Virus record (IMG/VR): IMGVR_UViG_3300022074_000023
From: an uncultured virus (IMG/VR IMGVR_UViG_3300022074_000023)
Taxonomy: Duplodnaviria; Heunggongvirae; Uroviricota; Caudoviricetes
Strand: one strand, 5' to 3'
Length of the DNA: 64,000 nt
Below are positions 28,978 through 38,043 of the stretch, piece by piece. Below the pieces are notes generated by a model, which saw nothing but the letters and a program-made list of their open reading frames with translations, had not been told where the DNA came from and did not search any database. Every line of letters starts with the position of its first letter. The first letter of the stretch is position 1. Position numbers and translations under genes: made by a program.

Positions 28978-30195
28978 ATGAGTTATTATTATCTTTACTT
29001 AATAAAATTTGAGGACGGTAGATTTTATATTGGTTCTCGTAAATCAAAAGTGCCTGCAGAGAAAGATGTAAGATACTGGGGATCTCCTGGTAAATCTATT
29101 GAGCATCTATGGGAGATGAAAAAAGAAAAATATATTCTTTTCGAGAGCACTGATATTTCTTACAAAGATTTAACTGATAAAGAAAAAATCTTTATTAGAG
29201 AAGGATGGGAAACATTTGGAAAAGATAAATGCATTAATAAAAACATAGGAGGTAACATAGATCCTGAATTACTTTCTAAAGTTGGTAAAGAAAATTACAA
29301 AAATGGAATAGGTGGTTTTGCGAATCTCACAATAGAACAAAGAAGACTTGGCCAACGACGAGCCTCAGTAACAAAGTCAGTAGAGTTTCAGGTGAGAGAT
29401 CCAAACGGAAAAATTCACACTGGCAAAGGCATCTATCCTTTTGCAAAAAAGCATGGTTTGAATGGTGCTAATTTGTGGGAATTAGTTAGAGGTAGATATG
29501 ACAGTTACAAAGGATGGACAAGGTCTGATGATGACCCATCAACAATTCTAACTCCTTTAGAAAAATCTCATAAGATGAGAGATGAAAGAAGGGGATTATG
29601 GTCAAAAGAATCACAAGAAAAATCTAAACAAGCTATAATTGAGCGATGTGCAGTAGAATATCATGTTGTAAGTCCAGATGGGAAAGAGTATAAAGGTAGG
29701 AATGCAAGAGAGTTCATGAGAGAGCACGAACTATCTGGACCATTCCTACAACTTTTATCTGGAAAGGTAGATCATCATAAAGGGTGGACAAGATATGGAC
29801 ATTCTCTTACTTATGAGTTAGAGATGGATGCTCGTGGTTCTCTAAAACCAAAATCTCCTCCTTTTAAATTGAGAGGACCAGACGGGAAAATATATGAGGG
29901 AAATTCTAGGAGAGCATTTGCAAGGGAACATGGTTTGACTTATAATTGCGTGAGTGCCGTTTTAAATGGGCATGTAGGAAATTGTAATGGATGGACATTA
30001 CCAATTCCAAAGCATGAAAAAAGATGGGATAATTTAAAAATAAAAGTGAAGAGTCCAGAAGGAATAATTTATGAAGTTAAGAATAGAAAAAAATTCTGTG
30101 AAGAGCAAAAATTAGTTTATAGTGGATTTTTGGGACTAACTGGAAAATCAAGAAAATCATATAAAGGTTGGACGAGAGTAGAGGAAATCGAATAA
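28978..30195 (+). CDS. Free-standing GIY-YIG (Seg-like) homing endonuclease with four C-terminal DNA-binding repeats
   Basis: YLY...FYIGSR, YWGS, E, CIN; four repeats of P(D/N/E)G...F...L...GWT. Confidence 0.8.
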   Translation: MSYYYLYLIKFEDGRFYIGSRKSKVPAEKDVRYWGSPGKSIEHLWEMKKEKYILFESTDISYKDLTDKEKIFIREGWETFGKDKCINKNIGGNIDPELLSKVGKENYKNGIGGFANLTIEQRRLGQRRASVTKSVEFQVRDPNGKIHTGKGIYPFAKKHGLNGANLWELVRGRYDSYKGWTRSDDDPSTILTPLEKSHKMRDERRGLWSKESQEKSKQAIIERCAVEYHVVSPDGKEYKGRNAREFMREHELSGPFLQLLSGKVDHHKGWTRYGHSLTYELEMDARGSLKPKSPPFKLRGPDGKIYEGNSRRAFAREHGLTYNCVSAVLNGHVGNCNGWTLPIPKHEKRWDNLKIKVKSPEGIIYEVKNRKKFCEEQKLVYSGFLGLTGKSRKSYKGWTRVEEIE

Positions 30196-30259
30196 AAAGA
30201 TATGCAAGCACCTTATTATATTTGGTGGCAAGTTCCCAGTCGGACTTATCTTTAGGGGA

Positions 30260-30288
30260 TTGACACCCCTTTTGTTATTAGTTATAAT
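30260..30288 (+). promoter_or_regulatory. Consensus sigma70 promoter TTGACA-N17-TATAAT within a hairpin
   Basis: Perfect hexamers; -35 lies in loop of AGGGG/CCCCT hairpin with T run. Confidence 0.85.
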
Positions 30289-30350
30289 ATTAATGTAGTT
30301 GGGAAGAGTAATTCCTTTCTTTCTACAATGTTCAATTAGTTAAAGTTTTT

Positions 30351-31502
30351 ATGGCGAACCTCATGGAACTAGTTAAAATCATTGACCTGTACGAAAAACG
30401 GGTTGATGATAAACGACGAGAAAAACTATCGACATTTCCGATAGTAGGATCAATTCCTCCCGATATTCCTAGACTTTTAGATCTTGTATATCAATACAAG
30501 AACGATGAAAATTTTGACTGGAGAAGCACATACGTAGCTTGTGTTCCAGCAAATATGGTATATTCTTCTCCACTATATAACAGACCACTTGAAATTGATC
30601 TGAATCGTTGTGAGAGGTATGTTCAAGATGAAGGTGCATTTTCTTATGTATTAGCAGGGACTGGTTCTGGTTATGTAAGACCAGATGGAACCTTTGTAAG
30701 CACTCAAGGTGGGCACAGAACTACAGAAGCATATGCAGTATCTCTTAATCCAAATGTAGAACTTCTGGTCAATGTAAAATTCCATGATCCCGAATCTACT
30801 GAAGATCAAATTGTTGAGTTGGAAGCAAAGGATCATCATGTTGATGCTGCTAAACGTAATCCACAAAACACTGAGCATAAGTTCAGATCTGCGTATAGAT
30901 CTAAAGAAAATTGGGCAGTAAAACTCTTCAATTATTTACAACCATTTAGTATTGGTATTGCTGGAACTTTGGAGAATGCAAAGTTTACTCTTAACTCTCA
31001 TTCATATTTAAGTACTGCCCTTAACCTTACAGAAGAAGGAACTGTCACTCGTTACTTAAAGACTTTTACACAAAATAATTGTGAAAAAGAACTTTTGGGA
31101 AATGCTATTGTAGCAGCATGTCTTTTCTTACAAGGATTTTCTGAATACATTTCAAAAATTGATAAGGACAATAATATTGATTCTTTCGATTTAATGATGA
31201 AGTTTTATTTCACTGAGTATGGAAGTCTTATGAGAGCGGTTGATCCTGATGCAAGAGATCTGACACAAACTGATCTTGTTAAAGGAAACAGTCTTTATAA
31301 AGGGAATGAACCTGCTGTAGCTAGATTTGTATTCTGTTATAATGATTTTGTCAGGGTCAGGAGATATAAAATTAGTGGAAGGCAAAAGACAGCTATTCCT
31401 TTCGATGGATCTGAAGATAGGGGATGGAATACATTTATTTCAAATGCACACCCTTTAATGAAACCTGCACTTGGACAACTTGCAACCACCAAGTTTTTCT
31501 GA
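30351..31502 (+). CDS. Hypothetical protein with possible ParB/Srx-like N-terminal domain
   Basis: 383 aa; YNR...YVRPDGTFVSTQGGHRT resembles the ParB-like (D)GxHR motif. Confidence 0.55.
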   Translation: MANLMELVKIIDLYEKRVDDKRREKLSTFPIVGSIPPDIPRLLDLVYQYKNDENFDWRSTYVACVPANMVYSSPLYNRPLEIDLNRCERYVQDEGAFSYVLAGTGSGYVRPDGTFVSTQGGHRTTEAYAVSLNPNVELLVNVKFHDPESTEDQIVELEAKDHHVDAAKRNPQNTEHKFRSAYRSKENWAVKLFNYLQPFSIGIAGTLENAKFTLNSHSYLSTALNLTEEGTVTRYLKTFTQNNCEKELLGNAIVAACLFLQGFSEYISKIDKDNNIDSFDLMMKFYFTEYGSLMRAVDPDARDLTQTDLVKGNSLYKGNEPAVARFVFCYNDFVRVRRYKISGRQKTAIPFDGSEDRGWNTFISNAHPLMKPALGQLATTKFF

Positions 31503-31520
31503 TAACCGAATAAAAAATAT

Positions 31521-31545
31521 ACGGAGTTCACTACCCCGTTTTTTT
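31521..31545 (+). terminator. Intrinsic terminator
   Basis: ACGGAGT-TCACT-ACCCCGT (one mismatch) followed by T run. Confidence 0.6.
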
Positions 31546-31556
31546 ATATTTTATGT

Positions 31557-31622
31557 TATAAATATATGTGGATGCCTTCGGGGTCCACACAATCAAATCT
31601 CGCTTTAAAAGGAGAAGTACAA
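31557..31622 (+). promoter_or_regulatory. Late promoter TATAAATA plus structured hsp20 leader (ROSE-like candidate)
   Basis: UUCG hairpin 31567-31589; TCTCGCTTT/AAAAGGAGA hairpin occludes SD. Confidence 0.55.
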
Positions 31623-32057
31623 ATGGGAAACCTTACACGTTACGGTGCTGCGGATCTGCCTGCCTTGATAGACCGTATAAATAAGAACAGTATTGGTATG
31701 GATGAATACTTTGGTAGGTTGTTTGATCTGCACGAAACAACTACTAATTACCCACCATACAATCTAGTGACAGTCAGCAACGTAGAATCTAGACTGGAAC
31801 TAGCACTAGCAGGTTTTAAAAAGAAGCAAGTAAATGTCTACACACAAGACGGAAAACTCTTTGTCGAAGGGCAACGAGAAGATGGAGAAACTGGAACGGA
31901 ATACGTCCATAGAGGAGTGGCTGCTCGATCTTTCACTCGATCATGGACCCTCAGTGACGAGACGGAAGTTAGATCAGTTAGCTTTGAGGATGGGTTGCTG
32001 AGTATCACACTTGGTAAAGTAGTTCCTGAAGCACATAAGCGTAAGGATTGGTTCTAA
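31623..32057 (+). CDS. hsp20: Small heat-shock protein (Hsp20/IbpA family)
   Basis: NYPPYNL, LALAGF, YVHRGVAARSFTRSWTL, FEDGLLSI; AGGAG upstream. Confidence 0.93.
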   Translation: MGNLTRYGAADLPALIDRINKNSIGMDEYFGRLFDLHETTTNYPPYNLVTVSNVESRLELALAGFKKKQVNVYTQDGKLFVEGQREDGETGTEYVHRGVAARSFTRSWTLSDETEVRSVSFEDGLLSITLGKVVPEAHKRKDWF

Positions 32058-32080
32058 TATATAATGAAGATGTTTTTATA

Positions 32081-32359
32081 ATGAAAATGATTAAACCTTT
32101 GCTTTTGGGTGTAAGTGCCCTTTTGATTGCTACACCAGTAATGTCTCATCCAAGAACTCCAAGAACCACTTGGACATATTCTTATCCAGAAAAGGATGTA
32201 ATGGTTCGACGCGATTGGAAACGTTGCAAGAAAATTAAATATGTTACCAAGTATGATAAGTATGGATGGTTCACTGAAAGACAAATTACGCCTTTGAGGT
32301 CATGTTGGAAAAATCATGCTCATGGTGATGTTAAATTGAAAGTGATTATTAAAGACTAA
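32081..32359 (+). CDS. Hypothetical protein with signal-peptide-like N-terminus
   Basis: MKMIKPLLLGVSALLIATPVMSH. Confidence 0.55.
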   Translation: MKMIKPLLLGVSALLIATPVMSHPRTPRTTWTYSYPEKDVMVRRDWKRCKKIKYVTKYDKYGWFTERQITPLRSCWKNHAHGDVKLKVIIKD

Positions 32360-32387
32360 ATAGGACTGAATATCGTCGCCGCAGACG

Positions 32388-32439
32388 GAGGGGTAACTGG
32401 CCAAATCCAGTTGACGCCCCTCTTTTTTATTGCTAAAAT
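32388..32439 (+). terminator. Long hairpin terminator overlapping promoter TTGACG-N17-TAAAAT
   Basis: GAGGGGTAACTGG/CCAGTTGACGCCCCTC + T6; -35 at 32411, -10 at 32434. Confidence 0.7.
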
Positions 32440-32460
32440 GTATGAAGGAATGCACTGAAA

Positions 32461-32814
32461 ATGACTGTAAAACTTACTTTACTGAAATCTGGAGAGGATG
32501 TCATCGCTGATGTTGAAGAAATGATTGTGTCTGAAAGAGTTGTTGGATACTTTCTTACCAACCCTTGCGTTGTTAAAATTCTTGCAAAAGAAACTGAAAG
32601 TGGTGCAAAGATGCCTTGCAAACTTCAATTGACTCCTTGGATGCCACTTACAACTGATAAGAAAATTCCCATCGCTGCAGATTGGCTAATTACTATGGTT
32701 GAACCAATAGCACAACTAAAACAAATGTATGAAAAAGGAGTTATGAAAGATGGAGAAGAAAGTGATCAAACTGATAGTGTTGATGAACAATCGGACTCTG
32801 ATCAGTCAGATTGA
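32461..32814 (+). CDS. Conserved cyanophage hypothetical protein
   Basis: LLKSGEDVIADVEE...PWMPLT; usual position before gp43. Confidence 0.7.
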   Translation: MTVKLTLLKSGEDVIADVEEMIVSERVVGYFLTNPCVVKILAKETESGAKMPCKLQLTPWMPLTTDKKIPIAADWLITMVEPIAQLKQMYEKGVMKDGEESDQTDSVDEQSDSDQSD

Positions 32815-33010
32815 AGAAGTTGGTGCTGATATTGGGCAACCTGATTGTAAGTTAATCGATCCATTTGTGGTTGACTCTAACAAAACACTTTCACCATTTC
32901 TTTGTGGACTTACCAAAGAAAATACTTTTATGATGAGTTCAGATAAGATCTTAACTCTTGCAGATCCACTTCCAACATTACTTGAAAAATACGAGGAATT
33001 AATTGACTAA
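32750..33010 (+). CDS. Conserved cyanophage hypothetical protein
   Basis: ISQIEEVGADIGQPDCKL...SSDKILTLADP. Confidence 0.7.
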   Translation: MEKKVIKLIVLMNNRTLISQIEEVGADIGQPDCKLIDPFVVDSNKTLSPFLCGLTKENTFMMSSDKILTLADPLPTLLEKYEELID

Positions 33011-33243
33011 TGGCACTTTCAAAATCAGTAGAAGATTCTTTAAAAGAAGCAGAATCAAATCTTAGAAATGCACTTGCTTTTGCGGCACGTCAAGAGCGCC
33101 CAATGGTTTGCAACATGATTGCAGAACTTATCGGTAAGATTGATAATCTCCAAACCATGGATTCTATTTTTGATAAAATTGAAAGTAGGAAAGATGGAGA
33201 CAGTGGTCTTTTCGGCACATTTTTTAGTGATGATGAGGAATGA
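33010..33243 (+). CDS. Hypothetical protein
   Basis: MALSKSVEDSLKEAESNLRNALAFAAR; TAATG-coupled. Confidence 0.65.
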   Translation: MALSKSVEDSLKEAESNLRNALAFAARQERPMVCNMIAELIGKIDNLQTMDSIFDKIESRKDGDSGLFGTFFSDDEE

Positions 33244-35735
33244 AGTTTTATACAAATGTTCAGATGATCGGGAATCAAATCTTGGTTCGTGGTGTTGATA
33301 ATGGACAACGTTATGAAGCAAGAGATGAATTTTATCCTACCCTCTTTGTAAAGTCGAAGCGAGAAACAAAATATAAAACTCTAACTGGAGATGGTGTAGA
33401 ACAAATCAAACCAGGAACTATTCGAGAAAGTAGAGAGTTCCTCAAAAAATATGACGATATTGATGGGTTTGAAGTATACGGAAATGAAAGATATATCTAT
33501 CAGTATATTTCGGAAAAATATCCTGAAGATGAAATCAAGTTCGATATCAAACAGATCAAACTAGTGACCATTGATATTGAGGTTTCTTCTGAACACGGAT
33601 TCCCAGATGTTGAATCCTGTCAGGAAGAAATTCTTGCGATTACAATACAGGATTATGCCACCAAGAAAATTACAACTTGGGGTGTAAAACCATTTGCCAA
33701 TAAGCAAGACAATGTGACTTATTATCACTGCCCTTCAGAGCATGAATTGTTGAGTCATTTTATCAATCACTGGATGAATGATGTTCCTGATGTAATTACT
33801 GGTTGGAACTGTCAGTTGTATGATATTCCATACATCTGTAAGCGTATTCGTCGTGTCCTTGGTGAAAAGTTGATGAAGCGATTCTCGCACTGGGGATTGG
33901 TTACTGAAGGTGAAACATACATCAATGGTAGAAAGTTCACTACATTTGAAGTAGCAGGAGTTACTATCCTTGACTATCTTGATCTGTATAAGAAGTTCAC
34001 ATACAAGGCACAGGAATCATATCGTCTTGATTATATTGCTAGTGTTGAGTTGGGTCAGAAAAAACTTGATCACTCTGAATTTGATACCTTCAAAGATTTC
34101 TATACTAAAGGATGGCAGAAGTTTATTGAATATAACATCGTTGACGTAGAACTTGTTGACCGATTGGAAAGCAAGATGAAACTGATTGAACTTGCTCTGA
34201 CTATGGCATATGAAGCCAAAGTTAATTATGCTGATGTGTTCTATCAGGTACGGATGTGGGATAATATTATCTACAACTATCTGAAGAAGCGGAATATTGT
34301 AATCCCACCAAAAATTCGTTCAAATAAAGATGAAAAGTATGCAGGAGCATATGTCAAGGAACCGATTCCTGGAAAGTATGATTGGGTTGTTAGTTTTGAC
34401 CTTAATAGTCTGTATCCTCATCTTATTATGCAGTACAACATATCACCAGAGACATTACTTGAGGAACGGCATCCCACGGTTACAGTTGATCGAATCCTTA
34501 ATGAAGAAATAAATTTTGAACTTTATAAGGACAATGCCATCTGTGCTAATGGTGCAATGTTCCGAAAAGACGTGAAGGGATTCCTCCCAAAACTGATGGA
34601 GAAAATGTATGGGGACCGTGTTATCTTCAAAAAGAAAATGCTTGAAGCCAAGCAGCAGTATGAGAAGACGCCTACTGTTGCACTTGAAAAGGAAATCGCC
34701 AGATGTAACAACATTCAGATGGCGAAAAAGATTTCTCTTAACTCTGCTTATGGTGCTATCGGCAATCAGTATTTCCGGTATTACAAATTAGCAAATGCTG
34801 AAGCAATTACTTTGTCTGGGCAGGTGTCAATTCGCTGGATTGAGGGTAAGATGAATGGGTATCTAAATAAACTTTTGCAGACTGAGGAAGTTGATTATGT
34901 CATTGCATCTGACACCGATTCAATCTATCTTAATATGGGACCTCTTGTTGATAAATTTTTTAGTAACAAGTCTGGTGATAAAGCAGAAATTGTTTCAATA
35001 CTTGATAAGATCTGTGAAGACAAGTTGGAACCATTCATCGAACAGTCTTATCAGAAACTTGCGGATTACGTTTCGGCATATGAACAGAAAATGCAAATGA
35101 AGCGTGAGAATATTGCTGATCGTGGTATTTGGACTGCGAAGAAGCGATATATTCTTAATGTGTGGAACAGTGAAGGTGTTCAATACACTGAACCTAAACT
35201 TAAGGTCATGGGTATTGAATCTGTTAAATCATCAACACCTGCACCTTGTCGTCAGATGCTCAAGGATGCATTTAAACTTTTAATGACTGCAACTGAAGAT
35301 GATGTCATTGACTTTATTGAAAGTTCTAGAAAGAAGTTCAGATCACTTCCACCTGAAGATATTTCTTTCCCTCGTTCTGCGTCTGATGTTGTGAAATATA
35401 AATCATCATCTGACATCTATGTCAAAGGAACACCAATTCATGTTCGTGGTGCTCTTTTATATAATCACTATATCAAACAGAAGAAACTTACTAACAAGTA
35501 TTCTTACATACAGAATGGTGAAAAAATTAAATTCTGCTATTTGAAAAAACCAAATATCATTCATGAAAATGTAATTTCTTTTATTCAAGAATTTCCAAAA
35601 GAACTTGGAATTGACAATTACATTGATTATGACTTACAATTTAATAAGTCATTTCTTGAACCACTTAAAGTTATCTTAGATGCTATTGGGTGGAAAGTTG
35701 AAAAAAGCGTAAACCTAGAATCATTCTTTTCCTAA
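33240..35735 (+). CDS. gp43: Family B DNA polymerase
   Basis: Exo DIEV; SFDLNSLYP, KISLNSAYG, SDTDS; uninterrupted. Confidence 0.98.
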   Translation: MKFYTNVQMIGNQILVRGVDNGQRYEARDEFYPTLFVKSKRETKYKTLTGDGVEQIKPGTIRESREFLKKYDDIDGFEVYGNERYIYQYISEKYPEDEIKFDIKQIKLVTIDIEVSSEHGFPDVESCQEEILAITIQDYATKKITTWGVKPFANKQDNVTYYHCPSEHELLSHFINHWMNDVPDVITGWNCQLYDIPYICKRIRRVLGEKLMKRFSHWGLVTEGETYINGRKFTTFEVAGVTILDYLDLYKKFTYKAQESYRLDYIASVELGQKKLDHSEFDTFKDFYTKGWQKFIEYNIVDVELVDRLESKMKLIELALTMAYEAKVNYADVFYQVRMWDNIIYNYLKKRNIVIPPKIRSNKDEKYAGAYVKEPIPGKYDWVVSFDLNSLYPHLIMQYNISPETLLEERHPTVTVDRILNEEINFELYKDNAICANGAMFRKDVKGFLPKLMEKMYGDRVIFKKKMLEAKQQYEKTPTVALEKEIARCNNIQMAKKISLNSAYGAIGNQYFRYYKLANAEAITLSGQVSIRWIEGKMNGYLNKLLQTEEVDYVIASDTDSIYLNMGPLVDKFFSNKSGDKAEIVSILDKICEDKLEPFIEQSYQKLADYVSAYEQKMQMKRENIADRGIWTAKKRYILNVWNSEGVQYTEPKLKVMGIESVKSSTPAPCRQMLKDAFKLLMTATEDDVIDFIESSRKKFRSLPPEDISFPRSASDVVKYKSSSDIYVKGTPIHVRGALLYNHYIKQKKLTNKYSYIQNGEKIKFCYLKKPNIIHENVISFIQEFPKELGIDNYIDYDLQFNKSFLEPLKVILDAIGWKVEKSVNLESFFS

Positions 35736-35902
35736 TGGAACTTCCTATCAACGACAAAGAACTAGCAACAATCGTAAGTGCTCTTCGCCTTGGTGGAGAT
35801 ATTGCTTTATATCAAAAATTGAATATCGTTAAAGATCTTCGTAAAGATAATCCGGATAACTATAAGACAGTTGCTAAAACAAGATTTGGATTTGTTCTGT
35901 AA
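35735..35902 (+). CDS. Small hypothetical protein (55 aa)
   Basis: TAATG-coupled both sides; MELPINDKELATIVSALRLGGD. Confidence 0.6.
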   Translation: MELPINDKELATIVSALRLGGDIALYQKLNIVKDLRKDNPDNYKTVAKTRFGFVL

Positions 35903-36525
35903 TGGAAATCATTAATGAAGAATTTAAGATATTATCTATTAAAAACTTTTTCAATCCTGATCAGAAAGAAAAAGAATGGATGAAGGTAATGATAGACCTT
36001 AATAAAGAAATCTATCATAAACCAGTAGCTACAAAATTAGGTCCATACAATTGGGGTGTAATAGATGGTGAGGTAGCATTATTTGACAATCTATATCAAA
36101 AATACCTAGAATGTTGTTTTGATATTTTTGGAAAATTTGTTGTTTCCCCTGAAAACGTATCTATTTGCTATTCATATTGTGGAAATAAAGAAGATATGGG
36201 GGAGAGAATACCACATTGGTGGCATGATCATTTTCTTACATCATCAATAAATTCTGTATATTATCTTGAGGTTTTTGAGGATGGTATCACTTTTGCAAAG
36301 GATGTAAACAATGATTATATTATGAAACATTTTTTAGAACATGGAAAAATGCCTGATACAACAAAGATATTTGACTACCTCCCAGAAAATGGAGAATTGA
36401 TTATCTTCCCACCAGATTTACTTCATGCAGCACAACCAAATAAATCCCTTGATTATAGGTATTCGCTTAACATGGAAATAAGATCAGATAACCGCTCAAA
36501 AGAATTGTTTGATAGAGTTTTTTAA
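35902..36525 (+). CDS. 2OG-Fe(II) oxygenase-like protein
   Basis: WHDH...INSVYYL, LIIFPPDLLHA, RYSLNME. Confidence 0.75.
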   Translation: MEIINEEFKILSIKNFFNPDQKEKEWMKVMIDLNKEIYHKPVATKLGPYNWGVIDGEVALFDNLYQKYLECCFDIFGKFVVSPENVSICYSYCGNKEDMGERIPHWWHDHFLTSSINSVYYLEVFEDGITFAKDVNNDYIMKHFLEHGKMPDTTKIFDYLPENGELIIFPPDLLHAAQPNKSLDYRYSLNMEIRSDNRSKELFDRVF

Positions 36526-36527
36526 AT

Positions 36528-37538
36528 ATGGATTTTTTAAAAGAAATTGTAAAAGAGATCGGAGATGACTACACAAAACTTGCATCCGATATTGATGATA
36601 CTGAAAAATTTGTTGACACGGGTTCGTACATTTTTAACGGACTTGTTTCAGGGTCTATTTTTGGTGGTGTATCTGGGAATAAGATTACTGCCATTGCTGG
36701 TGAGTCTTCTACTGGAAAAACTTTTTTCTCGCTTGCGGTTGTCAAGAACTTCCTGGATTCTAATCCTGACGGTATGTGCTTATATTTCGATACTGAAGCC
36801 GCTGTTAACAAGTCTCTTATTTCAAGTCGCGGGATTGACATGGACAGACTTGTTGTTGTCAATGTAGTAACTATTGAAGAGTTCCGAAGTAAAGCACTTC
36901 GTGCGGTAGATATGTATTTGAAAACTGAAGAAGATGAGCGCAAACCTTGTATGTTTGTTTTAGATTCTTTGGGTATGCTTTCTACTGAGAAAGAAATCAC
37001 CGATGCACTGAATGATAAACAGGTCCGTGACATGACCAAATCGCAATTGGTCAAAGGTGCATTCCGTATGCTTACTCTTAAACTGGGTCAAGCAAATATT
37101 CCTATGATCGTTACCAACCATACTTACGATGTTATTGGCGCTTATGTCCCTACAAAAGAAATGGGTGGAGGCAGTGGACTCAAGTACGCGGCTTCTACAA
37201 TCATCTATCTCAGCAAGAAAAAAGAAAAAGATGGAACAGAAATCGTTGGAAATCTTATCAAGGCAAAGACTGCTAAGTCGCGTTTAAGTAAGGAGAACAA
37301 AGATGTCACAGTACGCCTTTATTATGATGAGCGGGGTCTTGATCGGTATTTTGGTCTCCTGGAGTTGGGTGAGATAGGAGGTTTATGGAAAAATGTTGCT
37401 GGTCGATATGAAATGAATGGTAAAAAAGTTTATGCAAAAGCAATTCTGAAAGACCCAGAAATATATTTTACTGATGAAGTAATGGAGAAACTCGATGAAA
37501 TCGCAAAAGAACAATTTTCATATGGTTCGTCAGTATGA
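36528..37538 (+). CDS. uvsX: RecA-like recombinase UvsX
   Basis: GESSTGKT, YFDTE, VLDSLG, MGGGSGLKYAAS. Confidence 0.95.
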   Translation: MDFLKEIVKEIGDDYTKLASDIDDTEKFVDTGSYIFNGLVSGSIFGGVSGNKITAIAGESSTGKTFFSLAVVKNFLDSNPDGMCLYFDTEAAVNKSLISSRGIDMDRLVVVNVVTIEEFRSKALRAVDMYLKTEEDERKPCMFVLDSLGMLSTEKEITDALNDKQVRDMTKSQLVKGAFRMLTLKLGQANIPMIVTNHTYDVIGAYVPTKEMGGGSGLKYAASTIIYLSKKKEKDGTEIVGNLIKAKTAKSRLSKENKDVTVRLYYDERGLDRYFGLLELGEIGGLWKNVAGRYEMNGKKVYAKAILKDPEIYFTDEVMEKLDEIAKEQFSYGSSV

Positions 37539-38043
37539 CGCAATTATTCCAAAAGAAGTATGTGAAGCATTAATTGAAATATTTGAAGTAAACACTCAAG
37601 GACATCAAAAAATAAATTCAGATTACAAACCTTCTTTTACACAATTAAATATTAATGAGCATGTTTCTTCTTTGGTTTCTGGTCTAGTTCAATATACTAA
37701 AGAAGCATATGATAAGTATGCTGCAGATATTTCTTCTCCATATATTCCAAGGATGGATTATATGGAAGAGTTTCGTATAAAAAGATATTGTCCTGGTGGA
37801 GAAGAAAGGTTTGATGAACACGTAGATGTAAGGAGTCATGCTTCTGCAAAAAGATGCATTGCATTTATTTTTTACTTAAATGATTGTGATGGAGATACTG
37901 TATTTTCCCAACATGAGTTGAATGTAAAACCAAGTTGTGGTAAAGTGGTTGTGTTTCCTCCCACCTGGGAATATCCTCATAGTGGATTAGCACCTAAAGA
38001 CGGGAACAAATATATTTTGAGTACTTACATTCACTATGGATAA
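37522..38043 (+). CDS. 2OG-Fe(II) oxygenase (prolyl-hydroxylase-like)
   Basis: HVD, FYLND, GDTVF, FPPTWEYPHSG, KYILST. Confidence 0.82.
   Translation: MVRQYDAIIPKEVCEALIEIFEVNTQGHQKINSDYKPSFTQLNINEHVSSLVSGLVQYTKEAYDKYAADISSPYIPRMDYMEEFRIKRYCPGGEERFDEHVDVRSHASAKRCIAFIFYLNDCDGDTVFSQHELNVKPSCGKVVVFPPTWEYPHSGLAPKDGNKYILSTYIHYG

Noticed and set aside
31566..31622. N-terminal extension of hsp20 in the ORF track
   Set aside because: Starts at the late transcription start with no RBS; AGGAG supports ATG 31623
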